From Catalinimonas sp. (GTDB lineage: Bacteria; Bacteroidota; Bacteroidia; Cytophagales; Flexibacteraceae): a stretch of 29,713 bases of DNA. The stretch covers positions 1-29,713 of the forward strand of contig JBARYS010000208.1 of assembly GCA_049648155.1 (NCBI GenBank), in the 5' to 3' direction. The translations under genes were made by a program, and so were the position numbers. Every line of letters begins with the position of its first letter. Positions within the stretch are counted from its first letter, which is position 1. This document shows positions 28,037-29,713 of this stretch, one piece after another. The notes beneath the pieces were generated by a model that did no database searches, was not told where the DNA came from, and saw only the letters and a list, made by a program, of their open reading frames with translations.

Positions 28037-28329
28037 AACAGAGAAAGGTTTAGGAGGGATGGGAATAGAACCCTTTATGGTTATTGGAACCCGTCTGAAC
28101 TTTCTCTTCGGCTCAAGCAGGTTCTCACGGCCAAAGATAGAAGAGTCCGGCGGGTGCGCAAGGGCCGGCGGCTCTACGGATGCCCCGAGGGGCGGTCATA
28201 TCCGGTGGCGCTCGGGCGCGCCGACGACCCACAACCCCGCGCCCCGAAAAGCGTTGGGAGAGTAGCCGGCGAACGGCCGCATTCAGGCCCGCCGCCACCC
28301 CCGACCCGACGCCACACCTCCCTCCCGTT

Positions 28330-29208
28330 ATGCCTTCCTTGCCGCGCGTACGCTTCGTGATTAACCCCATCGCCGGGGTCCACGGCAAGCAAGACGTGCC
28401 CGCGCTTATTGAGCGACACCTCGACCGCCACCGGGCCCACGTCGAGGTCGTTCTCAGTGAATACGCTGGTCACGCGCCGATCCTGACGCGGCAGGCCGTG
28501 GCCGAGGGCGTCGACGTGATGGTGGCCGTGGGCGGCGACGGCACCATCAACGAGGTGGCCGGGCAGTTAGTGGGCACGCAGACGGCGTTGGGCATCGTGC
28601 CGCTGGGGTCTGGTAATGGGCTGGCGCGCCACCTAGGACTGCCGCTGACGGCCACCGGCGCGCTACAGCGGCTGAACGCTCGGCGTATCGTCCGGATCGA
28701 CAGCGGGGTGATCGCCGACCGGCCGTTCTTCTGCACGGCGGGGTTGGGCTTCGACGCCCACGTGGGGGCGGTGTTCGCCGCCGGCGAGACCCGCGGCTTT
28801 CAGAAGTACGTGCGCACCACTCTGCGCGAGTATTTTACCTACGATCCGTTCCGGTACCGTTTGCAAGCCGGGGAGCACGCCGTCGACCAGACGGCCTTCA
28901 CCGTCACCTTCGCCAACGCAGGGCAGTACGGCAACAACGCCTGGATTGCCCCCGAGGCCGACATCAGCGACGGCCTGCTGGACGTGTGCTGGATGCGCCC
29001 CTTTCCCAAGTGGCTCTTCCCGGTAATCGGCGCGCGGCTCTTCAGCCGCCGGCTGCACCACTCCGAGTTCCTCAAAATTTACCGCGCGCCCCGCGCCCGC
29101 CTCGACTTCGAGGGCGAACTTCCCGGCCACGTAGACGGCGAACCTTCGCTGTTCCGAGGGCCACTCGACGTATACGTGCGCCCCGCCAGCCTCGGCGTGG
29201 TGGTTTAA
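28330..29208 (+). CDS. Diacylglycerol kinase-family lipid kinase (YegS/DagK-like)
   Basis: 'INPIAG', 'GGDGTINEV', 'PLGSGNGLAR', 'GLGFDA', 'QYGNN', 'DGLLD', 'HVDGE'. Start at ATG 28330. Confidence 0.92.
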   Translation: MPSLPRVRFVINPIAGVHGKQDVPALIERHLDRHRAHVEVVLSEYAGHAPILTRQAVAEGVDVMVAVGGDGTINEVAGQLVGTQTALGIVPLGSGNGLARHLGLPLTATGALQRLNARRIVRIDSGVIADRPFFCTAGLGFDAHVGAVFAAGETRGFQKYVRTTLREYFTYDPFRYRLQAGEHAVDQTAFTVTFANAGQYGNNAWIAPEADISDGLLDVCWMRPFPKWLFPVIGARLFSRRLHHSEFLKIYRAPRARLDFEGELPGHVDGEPSLFRGPLDVYVRPASLGVVV

Positions 29209-29218
29209 GAAAACCGTG

Positions 29219-29575
29219 ATGGCTAAGAAGAAAACAATTGACTGGAAGGACCGCTTGGGAATGGTCTACTCGACTAACCCGGAATATCAGTACGACGAAG
29301 ACGACGCGAACGACGCCGAGACGCTGCCGCCCGCCCGGCAGGACCTCCGCGTGCTGCTCGACAAGAAGAAACGCGGCGGCAAACAGGTGACGCTCGTGAC
29401 GGGCTTCGTCGGCACCGACGACGACCTGAAGGCGCTCGGCAAGTTGTTGAAGTCGAAGTGCGGCGTGGGCGGCGCGGCCAAAGACGGGGAGATTTTCGTT
29501 CAGGGCGACCACCGCATCAAGGTGCTGCAACTGCTGAAAGACGCCGGCTATCGGGCCAAACCGTCGGGCGGCTGA
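29219..29575 (+). CDS. Translation initiation factor SUI1/YciH family protein
   Basis: 'VYSTNP', 'RGGKQVTLVTGF', 'LKSKCGVGG', 'QGDHR'. Confidence 0.92.
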   Translation: MAKKKTIDWKDRLGMVYSTNPEYQYDEDDANDAETLPPARQDLRVLLDKKKRGGKQVTLVTGFVGTDDDLKALGKLLKSKCGVGGAAKDGEIFVQGDHRIKVLQLLKDAGYRAKPSGG

Positions 29576-29713
29576 TGAACCGAAGCAGGCAAACCCGTTT
29601 TTATCTCGTCGATTCTAAAAGCCGGCTGTTTATCGCAATGAGCGCCTCCCCTCTCACCGCGTCTTTGACGGCATAGCCGAACGCGGAAGAACGTCGGCAG
29701 GCCGGCTCTATGG

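Noticed and set aside
29576..29713. Short ORF or gene start at the right edge
   Set aside because: Only a 12-codon ATG ORF (29638-29676) with no supporting features; too little sequence to call.

Overview
High-GC Bacteroidota chromosomal segment, probably Cytophagales (inferred from gene content, gene order and TAnnTTTG-type promoters; no database search was possible). It is mostly housekeeping: rel, dcd, trhO, yidD, a nucleotidyltransferase, tRNA-Arg(CCT), hflX, an rfbC-wza-wzc-PHP phosphatase-SDR polysaccharide export module, a TPR-comA-DUF368-aroE cluster, uvrB, an S10 peptidase, iscS, glmM, yceI, a DAGK-family kinase and a SUI1/YciH factor. I found no transposase, integrase, prophage or CRISPR array. 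Most unusual features: (1) the hflX stop codon lies inside the tRNA-Arg gene, so RNase P processing of a read-through transcript would make hflX mRNA non-stop; (2) the dCTP deaminase has both deoxyribose-recognition residues replaced; (3) a candidate ~90-nt sRNA and an orphan coiled-coil/winged-helix protein sit after uvrB; (4) the M48 peptidase lacks its catalytic Glu and is followed in frame by an ATG-less Ig-like repeat remnant; (5) a perfect hexamer repeat encodes the Wzc phospho-tyrosine cluster.
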